Of a stretch of DNA of 64,000 nucleotides, positions 47,234 to 56,261 are shown piece by piece. Origin of the DNA: Candidatus Bathyarchaeota archaeon (GTDB lineage Archaea > Thermoproteota > Bathyarchaeia > Bathyarchaeales > Bathycorpusculaceae). Below the pieces are notes generated by a model. The model did not search any database. It was not told where the DNA came from and was given only the letters and a program-made list of their open reading frames with translations. Positions within the stretch are counted from its first letter, which is position 1; the number at the start of each line of letters is the position of its first letter. Location: NCBI GenBank assembly GCA_026014595.1, contig JAOZHY010000029.1, positions 7,135 to 71,134 of the forward strand. The letters are read 5' to 3'. The position numbers and the translations under genes were made by a program.

Positions 47234-48079
47234 TTACTCTTGCTTGAGCCTCACGAGGACGATGGGCCTATGCTCTAACCGCGCGAGCATTTCCCAGCTT
47301 ACATCGGTCACAGGCACGTTGAACCTTGCAGCCATGTCCCAAACCGTGGCGCCTGAACCTGGGCCTCTAACCCTGTCGGCTATGTTCGCGATTTTCAACG
47401 CTTCAGTTGCCTGCAGCCTGCACCCAGCGACAGCTAGCGGTGTCGAGCTTCTCTTAAGTCTGAATGTGCGGCCAATGATGTACGTGGTAAAGCCCGGGGC
47501 GAAGTGAATGCCTTTCATCGGTCTTGGTCGGGGCGTGAAATGGAAGTTACTGAACGTATAAGTCTTGTCCGTGTCCACGATTACCACACACACACGCTTT
47601 CCAAGCGTTCGCAGCACGTGTCGCTGGATTTTCTCCGCCACTTCCGAAGCGTCGCTTAAAGGCAAACTCACGTAAGAATATGGTAGATTGGAGCCGTCGA
47701 TTCCGCCCTCCGACCCGAACATCAACGACTGCAAGACCCCCGCGTGCTCTAGAGCAACTTGTTTGTGGCGGCTTCCCGTCTCCAGCGGGTATTCGCGGAG
47801 CCGATGCTGCAGCCGTTGCCCGAAGCGGCAGAGCACGCCGAGGAAGTATCCCCATGCAACCCGCATCCACAGGCGAGAGAGGAGCTTCGCGTTTAGGCTG
47901 GGCTGGACGGTGCTTTCGTCGAGAATTCTGCCGAGTGCGGTTGAAATCGCCTTCTCAGAAATAACTAGGAAATCGCCGTCGTCCACTTTTGTTTTTATGG
48001 CGGCGGTGATTCTGTTTAAGTAGTTCTCGCCGGGCTTCCAGAACCCTGTTTTTACAGCCAACGCACGATACTTGGTCAT
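47234..48079 (-). CDS. CofE-family (F420-0:glutamate ligase-like) protein
   Basis: GDFLVISEKAISTA.G, GIDGSN, V.IVDTD; exact substrate uncertain. Confidence 0.75.
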   Translation of the reverse strand: MTKYRALAVKTGFWKPGENYLNRITAAIKTKVDDGDFLVISEKAISTALGRILDESTVQPSLNAKLLSRLWMRVAWGYFLGVLCRFGQRLQHRLREYPLETGSRHKQVALEHAGVLQSLMFGSEGGIDGSNLPYSYVSLPLSDASEVAEKIQRHVLRTLGKRVCVVIVDTDKTYTFSNFHFTPRPRPMKGIHFAPGFTTYIIGRTFRLKRSSTPLAVAGCRLQATEALKIANIADRVRGPGSGATVWDMAARFNVPVTDVSWEMLARLEHRPIVLVRLKQE

Positions 48080-48148
48080 GGCATAGCCTTTCGAAGAGGT
48101 TTGTTTAGCTCATAATTTGTCAACTTTAGCCTTAAGAACTATCGTGCT

Positions 48149-48300
48149 CTGTGGAGCCACCTTTATTTAAGGCATAGGGATTTTTGGCAGTCTTTGCTTC
48201 AGTTTTCATTTTGTGTCGCTAATTCAATTCATAATATGAATGAGTGCGTAACAGGTTTTCTTGAAATTGTTCCAGTGTCATTTAAAGGTGGGCTCCACAG
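48149..48300. repeat. 152-bp intergenic segment bounded by 17-bp imperfect inverted repeats
   Basis: CTGTGGAGCCACCTTTA ... TAAAGGTGGGCTCCACAG (one indel); AT-rich interior. Confidence 0.7.
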
Positions 48301-48372
48301 GAATGTCTCGAGAAAACTGTGGTCCCCTGAAAAACATTCTAAGATAACAAAAAAGGAAAAAGAGTTGGTGTT

Positions 48373-49980
48373 TTATTCTAGAATTTTTTCTATGGCGTCT
48401 TTCTCGACTTCGTCTGCCAGCGGTATACCAGTGACCTTCGTTGCCAGCTCCGACAGGCTCATGAGGTCGCCTCTGCCGAGGAGGTTCAGCTTCCACTTCC
48501 TGTTGCCCGCCATAAGCTGCTTCAGTCCCACGCCGACTCTGTCAGTTAGGTAGGTGTAGACGCCTATGCTTTCTGCGGGTATGTCGCTGAAACGTCTGCC
48601 GTATTTCGCCTTCAACTCTGGCGTGGCGATGAAGAATTTGTCGGGTGTGGTGCCGAATCGCTCTGCGAAGGCTCTGGGCAGCTTCCCTTCCTGCGCCAGT
48701 TGTTTGAAGTAGCTTGCTTTCATGGCTGCTGTTATGGGTGAGCGACCCATCAGAACCGCCTTTACCAGCGGGCCCTGTCCGAAGTTGCTCATGGCTATGG
48801 TTTTGAAGATGGAGGTTTCCTCGATGAAGCCGCCTGCCATCACGAGGTCTGGCACGTATCGTCCTTTTTTCTTGAGTATCTGCGCACAGCGTAACACTAT
48901 GGCTTCTAAGTATACGGTTGGGATGCTCATCTCGTCCATCATGGGCACGGGGCTCATGCCTGTGCCGCCTCCTGCCCCGTCGAAGCTTAACGCGTCGATT
49001 TTGGCTTCTGAAGCGAACTTCATGGTGTAGGCGACTGCTGACGGTCGGTAGGCGCCTGTTTTGAGGAATACGCGTTTTGCGCCTTGTTTGCGTAGCCACT
49101 CGATGTCTTCGATGAACGGTTTCTCTTTGGGTACGCCGACTCTGCTGTGACGTTCGAAGGTTTGGAAAACGCCCTCTTTGAATGCTTGCTGCACCACCGG
49201 GTCTTCTGGGTCTGGAATGACTATGTAACCTCTTTTCTTGAGCAGGATGGCTTTCTGCAGATCTTTCAGGCGGACTTCGCCGCCGATAGCTTTGGCGCCT
49301 TGCCCCCACTTCCGTTCGATAACATTCACTTCCAACTTGGACAGCGCGTAAACGTCTATGCCTAGTTTCTGGTCTTCCACGTTAGTCTGGACTATGACAT
49401 CGCCGTGTTTTCCGTCCCAGAACTTTCTGAACGAGTCGACTCTGCGTTTCAGTTCTGGAGAATGTGTGACTTTGCCGTTTTCCAGCTTGGCGTCAACGTC
49501 CATGCCGCAAACGTTTTCTCCGATTGTTATACTTACTCCTGAAAGTGCCGCTCCGATTGCTAGTCCGTCCCAGTTTACGCGTGCGACGTCTGTTGAGCCG
49601 AAGGCACCTGTGAGTATGGGCAGTTTCAGCGGCATTCCGCCGACTGTGGTTTCCACGTTCACGTTTGGAAATATGGCTTCTTCTGAGCTTTCTTTGATGC
49701 CTTGAACTTCGAAGAGTCCTGCTTGGATGCTGAAGTGTGACCAGTCTAAGCCAAAGTTTTTGAGTGCTCCAGCAGTGCTTGTTCCGAATTGGGCTGGTTC
49801 CGGGTACAATGCTTCTCGTCCTCTGAACGCTGAAAGGCTGATTTCGCACAGCACTGGGCAGTCGCGAATGCATATTGGGCACATTCCACTTATGGTGCTT
49901 GTGTCTTTAACGCGTGTTGACGTCCCAGAAGTTGATTTTCCATTCAAGTATGAACCGTTCTTATGTACACGTTCACTCAT
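48373..49980 (-). CDS. FMN-binding glutamate synthase family protein (stand-alone)
   Basis: IGENVCG, ERKWGQGAK.IGGE, LKTGAY, DGAGGGTG, MAGG; N-terminal CxxCxxxCxxxC. Confidence 0.88.
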   Translation of the reverse strand: MSERVHKNGSYLNGKSTSGTSTRVKDTSTISGMCPICIRDCPVLCEISLSAFRGREALYPEPAQFGTSTAGALKNFGLDWSHFSIQAGLFEVQGIKESSEEAIFPNVNVETTVGGMPLKLPILTGAFGSTDVARVNWDGLAIGAALSGVSITIGENVCGMDVDAKLENGKVTHSPELKRRVDSFRKFWDGKHGDVIVQTNVEDQKLGIDVYALSKLEVNVIERKWGQGAKAIGGEVRLKDLQKAILLKKRGYIVIPDPEDPVVQQAFKEGVFQTFERHSRVGVPKEKPFIEDIEWLRKQGAKRVFLKTGAYRPSAVAYTMKFASEAKIDALSFDGAGGGTGMSPVPMMDEMSIPTVYLEAIVLRCAQILKKKGRYVPDLVMAGGFIEETSIFKTIAMSNFGQGPLVKAVLMGRSPITAAMKASYFKQLAQEGKLPRAFAERFGTTPDKFFIATPELKAKYGRRFSDIPAESIGVYTYLTDRVGVGLKQLMAGNRKWKLNLLGRGDLMSLSELATKVTGIPLADEVEKDAIEKILE

Positions 49981-50170
49981 TTTCCACGTTCCCCTCTTTA
50001 CATTTGAGCATTTTATGTTGTTCTAAGAGTTGGGAAATTGTACAGTTATTCGATATATATTGCTATTCACAATTATTTGTATGTAAGAAAATGATTTTCT
50101 GGTTTGGTAAATGAAACATTTGTTAAGCTTGGGCGTAACATGAATAAAAACATCATTATCCGTTGAATAC

Positions 50171-50539
50171 TTAACCGAACAAGTCTAAAGTCCCCTGCCC
50201 CACTATCTTATGACCTGATTTCTGCGTTTTGTTTCCTTCTTTCAGGCACCTCGGACACACGCAGCGAAAAGGCAGGTCTTTTGTGGCGCACATCTCGTAA
50301 TACTTGCAGTCTTGGCAGGGGAAATCTCCGCCGCAGATGATGCAATTCTGCAGAAACTTCACTTCCTCGTTTAGAACGCCAGAGATCGCGTCAACGAGCT
50401 TTTCAACATTGTTGTAACTGCTTATGGAGAAGACGCCTTGCTCTCGGTTGTACTCCAAACCAAGTCTTAGCAGAAGGACGAACTTTTCTTTTTCAACACG
50501 GGGAAGTTTGAAAGCTTTCTTGTTAAGAACCGCCAACAT
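50171..50539 (-). CDS. Cys-rich hypothetical protein
   Basis: CIIC..C.DC....C......CVCPRC; GGTGA SD, 6 bp after rfcL. Confidence 0.75.
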   Translation of the reverse strand: MLAVLNKKAFKLPRVEKEKFVLLLRLGLEYNREQGVFSISSYNNVEKLVDAISGVLNEEVKFLQNCIICGGDFPCQDCKYYEMCATKDLPFRCVCPRCLKEGNKTQKSGHKIVGQGTLDLFG

Positions 50540-50545
50540 CTCACC

Positions 50546-51775
50546 TTAGAACTTACTCATTTTAACTAAGTAATCGACCTCTTCAGGCTCCAGCTTAAGC
50601 CAAGAGATTATCTGGCTTGCCTTGCGCTTCTCCAACATGACCTTGAGGAAAGGAACAAAATCGTTTTTAGCAACTGCCCGCGAAACGTGACATCGCATTG
50701 CTATTTTGGCGCAAATCGTATCCAGCATTGTCCTTTTTCCCTTTGTCCAGAACAAAGTCATTATCCTAATCGGCGGCGAAATAAACTCAAAAGGCTTGTA
50801 CGATTCAGGCGAGACCGCTGCGGCTTCCGCCATGGAATTGTAGAAGTATCTGAGAAGATGCCAGTTTTCCGTGCCGATCCTTCCCCTAAACATGTCTGCG
50901 CGCGAAACAAAGTCGTAAGCCTCAGCAAGTTCCACTGGGTCGGGGTATCGTCGCGGAAGATTATCGCTTACAGACATCAGCAACTCGTCATGATCCACGC
51001 TCGAATGCCTCAGCAAATTCTCAGCTTCTGCGAGGGATTTCACTGAGAAGAAGCTTCTAAGCGTCTCTTCCATGCCGATGTCCTTGTTTCGGGAGCTCAG
51101 CACCATAGTGTCTTGGAGCGTGAGAACCTTGCCCGCCTCCGCTAAGCTTTGCAGGTCGTTTATGGCTGAACGCACGTCACCTCTGCTGTTTTGGGCAATC
51201 CTCTCCAGCGCTTCAAACTCAGCTTCAACGTGTTCCATTCGACAAATTCTCCGCAGCGTTTCAATTATCAAGGGGATGCGCACTTGATGAAACCTTATCA
51301 GCAAGCTGACCTTTTTCAAGGGTCTAATTTTCTCCAAGTCAGGATCGTTCGCAGCCATAATGACTGGCACACGTGACTCTTCAACTATCTTCACTATCGC
51401 TCCTATTCCACCCCTGTCCTCTTTGCCAGCCACGCCGTCAACCTCGTCCAGAAACACGAGGTTTCCTTTGCCACCAGTTGAAAACGTGTCCAATCCCACA
51501 AAAGAAGTTGCTGGTCCAGCCACCTTGTTTATCGCCTTCTCCGTCCGCGTATCACTCGCGTTCATCTCAATAATTCTGAAGCCAAACTCGTTGGCGGCTG
51601 CGTTGACCAGCGCCGTTTTCCCCACGCCTGGCGGTCCATAAAGCAAAACTGCATTTTTCTTGCGGCGCTTGCTCTTTAACCATTCGACAAAAGTGGCTTT
51701 GGCTTCTTCATTTCCGATGACGTCATCTATTTTTTTGGGGCGGTACTTTTCAACCCACAGCACGTCATGTTTCAA
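50546..51775 (-). CDS. rfcL: replication factor C large subunit
   Basis: WVEKYRP, GPPGVGKT, EMNASD, LDEVDG, GDVRSAIND. Confidence 0.95.
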   Translation of the reverse strand: MKHDVLWVEKYRPKKIDDVIGNEEAKATFVEWLKSKRRKKNAVLLYGPPGVGKTALVNAAANEFGFRIIEMNASDTRTEKAINKVAGPATSFVGLDTFSTGGKGNLVFLDEVDGVAGKEDRGGIGAIVKIVEESRVPVIMAANDPDLEKIRPLKKVSLLIRFHQVRIPLIIETLRRICRMEHVEAEFEALERIAQNSRGDVRSAINDLQSLAEAGKVLTLQDTMVLSSRNKDIGMEETLRSFFSVKSLAEAENLLRHSSVDHDELLMSVSDNLPRRYPDPVELAEAYDFVSRADMFRGRIGTENWHLLRYFYNSMAEAAAVSPESYKPFEFISPPIRIMTLFWTKGKRTMLDTICAKIAMRCHVSRAVAKNDFVPFLKVMLEKRKASQIISWLKLEPEEVDYLVKMSKF

Positions 51776-52770
51776 CTATTTTCCCCTTTTGACTTCCCAA
51801 CCTTGCCGAACTGTGCCAGCAACGCGCTTAGCTGTATGTCGCTGTTTGCGCCTTGGGTCAGGCGAAAATCATACTCGCCGATTATGTCGCTCAGTTCAGC
51901 CTTTTGCTCGGGGGAGATGTAGGAGAGTTTGAGCAGTTCTCTCTGCATCTGGCGGACTATTTCTGAACCGGAAAAACCGTAAGAGCCAATCAAGTCGTAC
52001 ATTATCTTTCGCGCTTCAATGAAGTCGCCATTCAACGCTTTGTTTAGCATCATTTGAACCTGCTTCGGGCTGGCTTCGCCAACAACCTGAAGAACCGTTT
52101 TCTCATCCACCACGCCGTCGCGGTACACGGCAGCCGTCTGCAGCGTATTTATGGCGTGTCTCAAGTCGCCTTCTGAGTATTCAACAATCATTTCGGCTGC
52201 TTCAGGTGAAAGCTTCACGTTCTCCTTTTCCGCGATATCTTCCAGATGTTTTACCATCGCTTTTGTGTCCAGTTTTGAGAAGCGGAATATGGCGCATCGG
52301 CTCTGAATCGGCTCGATGATCTTGGATGAATAGTTGCATATGAGGATGAATCGGCTCGTTCGAGAACTAGTTTCCATTATCCTCCTCAGTGCCGTCTGTG
52401 CCGGCCCAGTCATCTGGTCGCTCTCATCAAGAATAATGAGCGCAAAAGGCACATTGCCGAAAGCTGCCCTGCTGTAACGTGAGAAATCTTTAATCCTTTC
52501 CCGCACCGTGTCGATTCCCCTCTCGTCAGACGCGTTCAACTCTAGCGTGAAGGCTCGCCAGTTTTCACCGAACAGTTCGCGGGCAATGCAAAGCGCGACC
52601 GTTGTCTTTCCAGTTCCAGGTATGCCCGCCAGAAGCAGGTGCGGCATCGTCTTGGGGTTTTTCAAGAAAGCCTTCAGGCTGTCCACGATGTCTTTCAAAT
52701 CCACTATCTCGTTCAGGTTTTTCGGGCGGTACTTTTCAACCCACATCAACGCTTCTTCGTTAGCTGCCAT
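51772..52770 (-). CDS. rfcS: replication factor C small subunit (no intein)
   Basis: WVEKYRP, G.PGTGKTT, LELNASDERG, AQTALRR, PIQSRC. Confidence 0.97.
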   Translation of the reverse strand: MAANEEALMWVEKYRPKNLNEIVDLKDIVDSLKAFLKNPKTMPHLLLAGIPGTGKTTVALCIARELFGENWRAFTLELNASDERGIDTVRERIKDFSRYSRAAFGNVPFALIILDESDQMTGPAQTALRRIMETSSRTSRFILICNYSSKIIEPIQSRCAIFRFSKLDTKAMVKHLEDIAEKENVKLSPEAAEMIVEYSEGDLRHAINTLQTAAVYRDGVVDEKTVLQVVGEASPKQVQMMLNKALNGDFIEARKIMYDLIGSYGFSGSEIVRQMQRELLKLSYISPEQKAELSDIIGEYDFRLTQGANSDIQLSALLAQFGKVGKSKGENS

Positions 52771-52919
52771 AAATCCCCTTCACCCTCACTGTCAAGGTCA
52801 CAGTCTAACTTGTTTTGTATTCTTAATTTACTTTTCCATGATGGCTCTCATAGTCGTCCACCAATCGTAGTTGCTGTCTTAAACCAGAAATATTTGAAAA
52901 CGTTCGAAGTTCTACAGCG

Positions 52920-53246
52920 TTAGTGGATTCTGCTTCCTTCCGCAATGTCCTTGTCCGGCTGCAACACTACAACATTGCCCTTGCCGTCCTCAGCCGCCAA
53001 TATCATGCACTGCGACTCAACGCCCATCACTGTGCGCCTTTTGAGGTTGAGGATGAAAGCGCATTTCTTGCCGACAAGGTCTTCCGGCTTGTACCATTGG
53101 AGCAGTCCCGCCACTGCTTGCCTTTTCTCCGCGCCAAAATCCACCATTACCCTGATGAGGTTTCTGGAGCCCGGAATCTGGTTTGCCTCAGTTATTTTCC
53201 CTATGCGTAGGTCGAGTTTTTGGAATCCTTCGAATGGAATTTCCAT
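52920..53246 (-). CDS. tRNA-binding protein (Trbp111/CsaA/MetRS C-terminal-like)
   Basis: FQKLDLRIGKI, DFG..KRQ.VAG, NLK.R..MGVESQ.MILAA. Confidence 0.9.
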   Translation of the reverse strand: MEIPFEGFQKLDLRIGKITEANQIPGSRNLIRVMVDFGAEKRQAVAGLLQWYKPEDLVGKKCAFILNLKRRTVMGVESQCMILAAEDGKGNVVVLQPDKDIAEGSRIH

Positions 53247-53324
53247 TTTTAAGCGCCTCACTGAGTTTCTCATGTTGTGAAAGTATAAAGGTTTTGAGGC
53301 TCCCGCGTCTGGTTCTTATGCGAT

Positions 53325-53990
53325 TCAGCATAGCAGTCTTTGCTTTTCTTTCGTCGCAATTTCATGTGCAAGACTAAGTGGCTCTGGAATTCGGCTATTG
53401 CGTACGGAGTGTTTCACGATTTTCACGGCTGTTCCGAGCGAAACCATGTGCCCTACGCTAACGAATACGGGTTTCGCGCCCTTTTTCGTCGTCACAACCG
53501 AACCAACCGTTTCGCCATCGTGAACCAGAAATATTTCTCCCGCCGCTTCCAAGGGTGTGCCGACAAGCTTGCTCTTGGCCACTCCAACCGTCGGCTTTCC
53601 AACTGCTAGCCCCAGATGGCTGGCGAACCCGCAGCGATAAGGATGAGCGATTCCCTGTCCGTCAGCGAGGAAAACGTCTGGTTGCGACTTCAGCTTCCTG
53701 ATGCATGACATGGAAGGCGGGATTTCCCTGAATGAAAGCAGGGTTGGAATGTAGGAAAATTTGACTGTGCACACGGCGGTCTGGGATTCCATTAGTTCGA
53801 GAGAATCGTAGTTTAAAACTGCCACGACGCCTATCGCCAAGTTGTCAAGGTACGCGACGTCAACCCCGGCGATGCAGACAATTTTTTGGGGCAGTCTGTC
53901 TTCCGTAATGATTTTTCGCGATAGGCGCGTTTGCGCTTCATGAGCTTTGGCGACTGAAAAGTTATGCAACTTGGCGAGAGGGGGCTTCAT
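53325..53990 (-). CDS. nfi: endonuclease V
   Basis: AGVDVAY, YIPTLLSFRE, DGQGIAHP, GVAKS, VSVGH, IPEP. Confidence 0.95.
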   Translation of the reverse strand: MKPPLAKLHNFSVAKAHEAQTRLSRKIITEDRLPQKIVCIAGVDVAYLDNLAIGVVAVLNYDSLELMESQTAVCTVKFSYIPTLLSFREIPPSMSCIRKLKSQPDVFLADGQGIAHPYRCGFASHLGLAVGKPTVGVAKSKLVGTPLEAAGEIFLVHDGETVGSVVTTKKGAKPVFVSVGHMVSLGTAVKIVKHSVRNSRIPEPLSLAHEIATKEKQRLLC

Positions 53991-54628
53991 CGATTAACCT
54001 TTTTGCGGACGCACTCAAACTGCTTCAAATAGTCCTCTAACGCTTTTCTCCGCACTTCTTGGGTGACGTCTCCCCGCGTCGTTTCGATGATTTTGCGTGC
54101 GACGTCGCATTTTCTCCTGAGCCCCGGCACTAGCATGTACGCCTCGTCCAACGCCATCAACTCGACGTAGACCTCGTCCATGACCTTCAGGTATTCTTCG
54201 CCTTTTTCTGCGTCTCCCTCGCGAAGTGCATCTAAAACCGCGCGTCTGTATTCGCCTATCACGTCAGCCAGACCCAACGCATAATCCACTGATGGCACGT
54301 TGATTTCTCGCGGCGTAACGAAACGCGATTCTTTAATCAGGGTTAGAAAAATATTAGCTTCTGCGTACTCCTGAAGCGCTGCGCTGAACATACCGCCGTA
54401 GATTATGTCTGGGTGCTCTTTCGCCAAGCCTTGAAGTTCCAAGATTATGTTTCTTGCGTTTTCTATCAGTTTTTCGGCTTCTTCCTGTTTTTTCTGGTGA
54501 ACTAGGAGTATTGCTCGTTTGGAAAGACTCGTTGCCTTCCGCATGTTTTCATGCGTGGTTTCTCGGATTTTGTCTTTTTCCGTAAGCTCCCTCTTCACTT
54601 CTTCCAGAATAGGCTTCAAAGTTGACAA
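53987..54628 (-). CDS. translin/TRAX family protein
   Basis: LQEYAEA, YALGLADVIGE.RR, LRRKCD. Confidence 0.9.
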   Translation of the reverse strand: MSTLKPILEEVKRELTEKDKIRETTHENMRKATSLSKRAILLVHQKKQEEAEKLIENARNIILELQGLAKEHPDIIYGGMFSAALQEYAEANIFLTLIKESRFVTPREINVPSVDYALGLADVIGEYRRAVLDALREGDAEKGEEYLKVMDEVYVELMALDEAYMLVPGLRRKCDVARKIIETTRGDVTQEVRRKALEDYLKQFECVRKKVNR

Positions 54629-54726
54629 CTTGCATCACACTCTATCAGAATAGAAGGCACCTAGTTATTTATTGATTCGTAAAAAAAAGGAAAAACTGGG
54701 CTTGAACTTGTTAGCCCAATTTATGT

Positions 54727-54924
54727 TTATGCTTGTTCAGGCTCAGGTGCTACCCATCTTTCAACCAAAAGCTTGTCATCTTTCAGCTTGAAGCTTACTT
54801 TAACGAATATGCTGTCGGCTCCCTTGAACGGGAACATACTGTCCTCAGCCAAGTCCTTGGGTAAGTAAATCAGGTATTTGCCGTCCTTTCTCCTGAACAA
54901 ACGTCCCCTTCCCTCGCTTACCAT
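54727..54924 (-). CDS. small AbrB-like DNA-binding protein
   Basis: G.L.RR..KYLIYLPKDLAEDSMFPF; GGTGA SD. Confidence 0.7.
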   Translation of the reverse strand: MVSEGRGRLFRRKDGKYLIYLPKDLAEDSMFPFKGADSIFVKVSFKLKDDKLLVERWVAPEPEQA

Positions 54925-55078
54925 TTATTCACCACCGCTTAAATTAAATTCTCAGTTCCATATATTCGGTCATGGGAATGTCTATTTAAGCTTATCATTC
55001 ACATTGCCCATTAGCCTCTTATTAATTATCTTTAATATAATTAAAAATTGAATTAAATAATGTACATATTTTGTTGTT

Positions 55079-56059
55079 TTAAAAAGATTCAAAACGTATA
55101 GGCTTCTTATGTTTGCTCAATAATACAACTCGACTTTCGATCGACTCATCAATAATACCGTAGCCTGTCAGCTCCGCCAACCGCTCCGCAAAAGCACAAA
55201 CCTCATCATGCTCAGGCATATCCTCGAAACGCAAGCGAAGGGTTGAGAATCCAACATGCATGTATGCCTTAGCCTCAATATACGTGGGATTTGCCTTCTC
55301 AACAAGTTCAGCATATCCATCAACAGGCTCCATGTTATGCCCCTTCACCAAGGTCATGCGAATCACAGTGGGACATCGGAAACTCGGCAGAAAACCAAGC
55401 GTCTCACGCAACTTCGCCCAGGCGCTTGGCAACTGAGGGCGGCAAACACGTTTGAACGCCTTCTCATCTGGAGCGCAGACGGAAATGTATAGTTGTGTCG
55501 GCTCTTCGCTTAGTTCAGCAAGTTTCGAGGGCATTGTGCCGTTTGACACCAAAAACGTGGTGAACCCTTTTTGATGGAATGCACGAATTAGCTCTCCGAG
55601 ATTTTCGTAAAGTGTAGGTTCACCGGTCAAGCTTATGGCAACATGCCTTGGTCTAAGAGCCTCCGTGAGTTTCTGCCAATCCACTTCAGGGTTTCCCATG
55701 TAACCGCTGAGGATTCTATCCTGTGCCCGCAGGCTTCCGCTTACGATTTCCTCAACGGAGTCCCAGTCTGGCAGTTGCATCTCGTTCCACATGACTTGCA
55801 GGTCTCCGCTCTGTGCTCTCCAGCAAAACAGGCACTGCTGCGTGCAGTAAAAAAGCGCAGGCGTCATCTGAATGCATTGGTGGGATTTTATGCCATAAAA
55901 CTTCTGCTTGTAACATGGCCTTCCATGAACTAGGGCTTCGTGAAGCCACTTGCACTTTTTGACCGCTGAATGTTTGCCCACAAGATGATATTTTTGTTTC
56001 TTGAGCGCTTGCAGCAGTGAGGGCGAAATCGGATTTTCCATCGTTTCAGGCAGACCCAT
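55079..56059 (-). CDS. taw1: 4-demethylwyosine synthase (radical SAM, TYW1)
   Basis: HSAVK.C.W, CYKQKFYGI.SH.C.QMTP, CTQQCLFCWR, ISLTGEPT. Confidence 0.96.
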   Translation of the reverse strand: MGLPETMENPISPSLLQALKKQKYHLVGKHSAVKKCKWLHEALVHGRPCYKQKFYGIKSHQCIQMTPALFYCTQQCLFCWRAQSGDLQVMWNEMQLPDWDSVEEIVSGSLRAQDRILSGYMGNPEVDWQKLTEALRPRHVAISLTGEPTLYENLGELIRAFHQKGFTTFLVSNGTMPSKLAELSEEPTQLYISVCAPDEKAFKRVCRPQLPSAWAKLRETLGFLPSFRCPTVIRMTLVKGHNMEPVDGYAELVEKANPTYIEAKAYMHVGFSTLRLRFEDMPEHDEVCAFAERLAELTGYGIIDESIESRVVLLSKHKKPIRFESF

Positions 56060-56261
56060 AAACTTTGTTTTTGAACATCACTATTAAACATCGCGCTCAG
56101 ATGAGACCTTACAGCCAATCCTTCGCTGATTTTGTTTCCCATTTATGTTTAAATGTCTCAGCCATTGCAGCGCTGCTTTCTCGATGGAAAGGCAAAGTTT
56201 AAAATGGTCTCTTTATAGTAAATGTCATTCACGATTAGAGTATCTTCCAAAATCAGGGGAA

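Noticed and set aside
51772-52770. Intein in RFC small subunit
   Set aside because: Normal 332-aa length with contiguous motifs.
55015-55085. Very AT-rich tract as a DNA unwinding element
   Set aside because: Short, no ORB boxes or initiator gene; explainable as taw1 terminator and AbrB-like promoter region.
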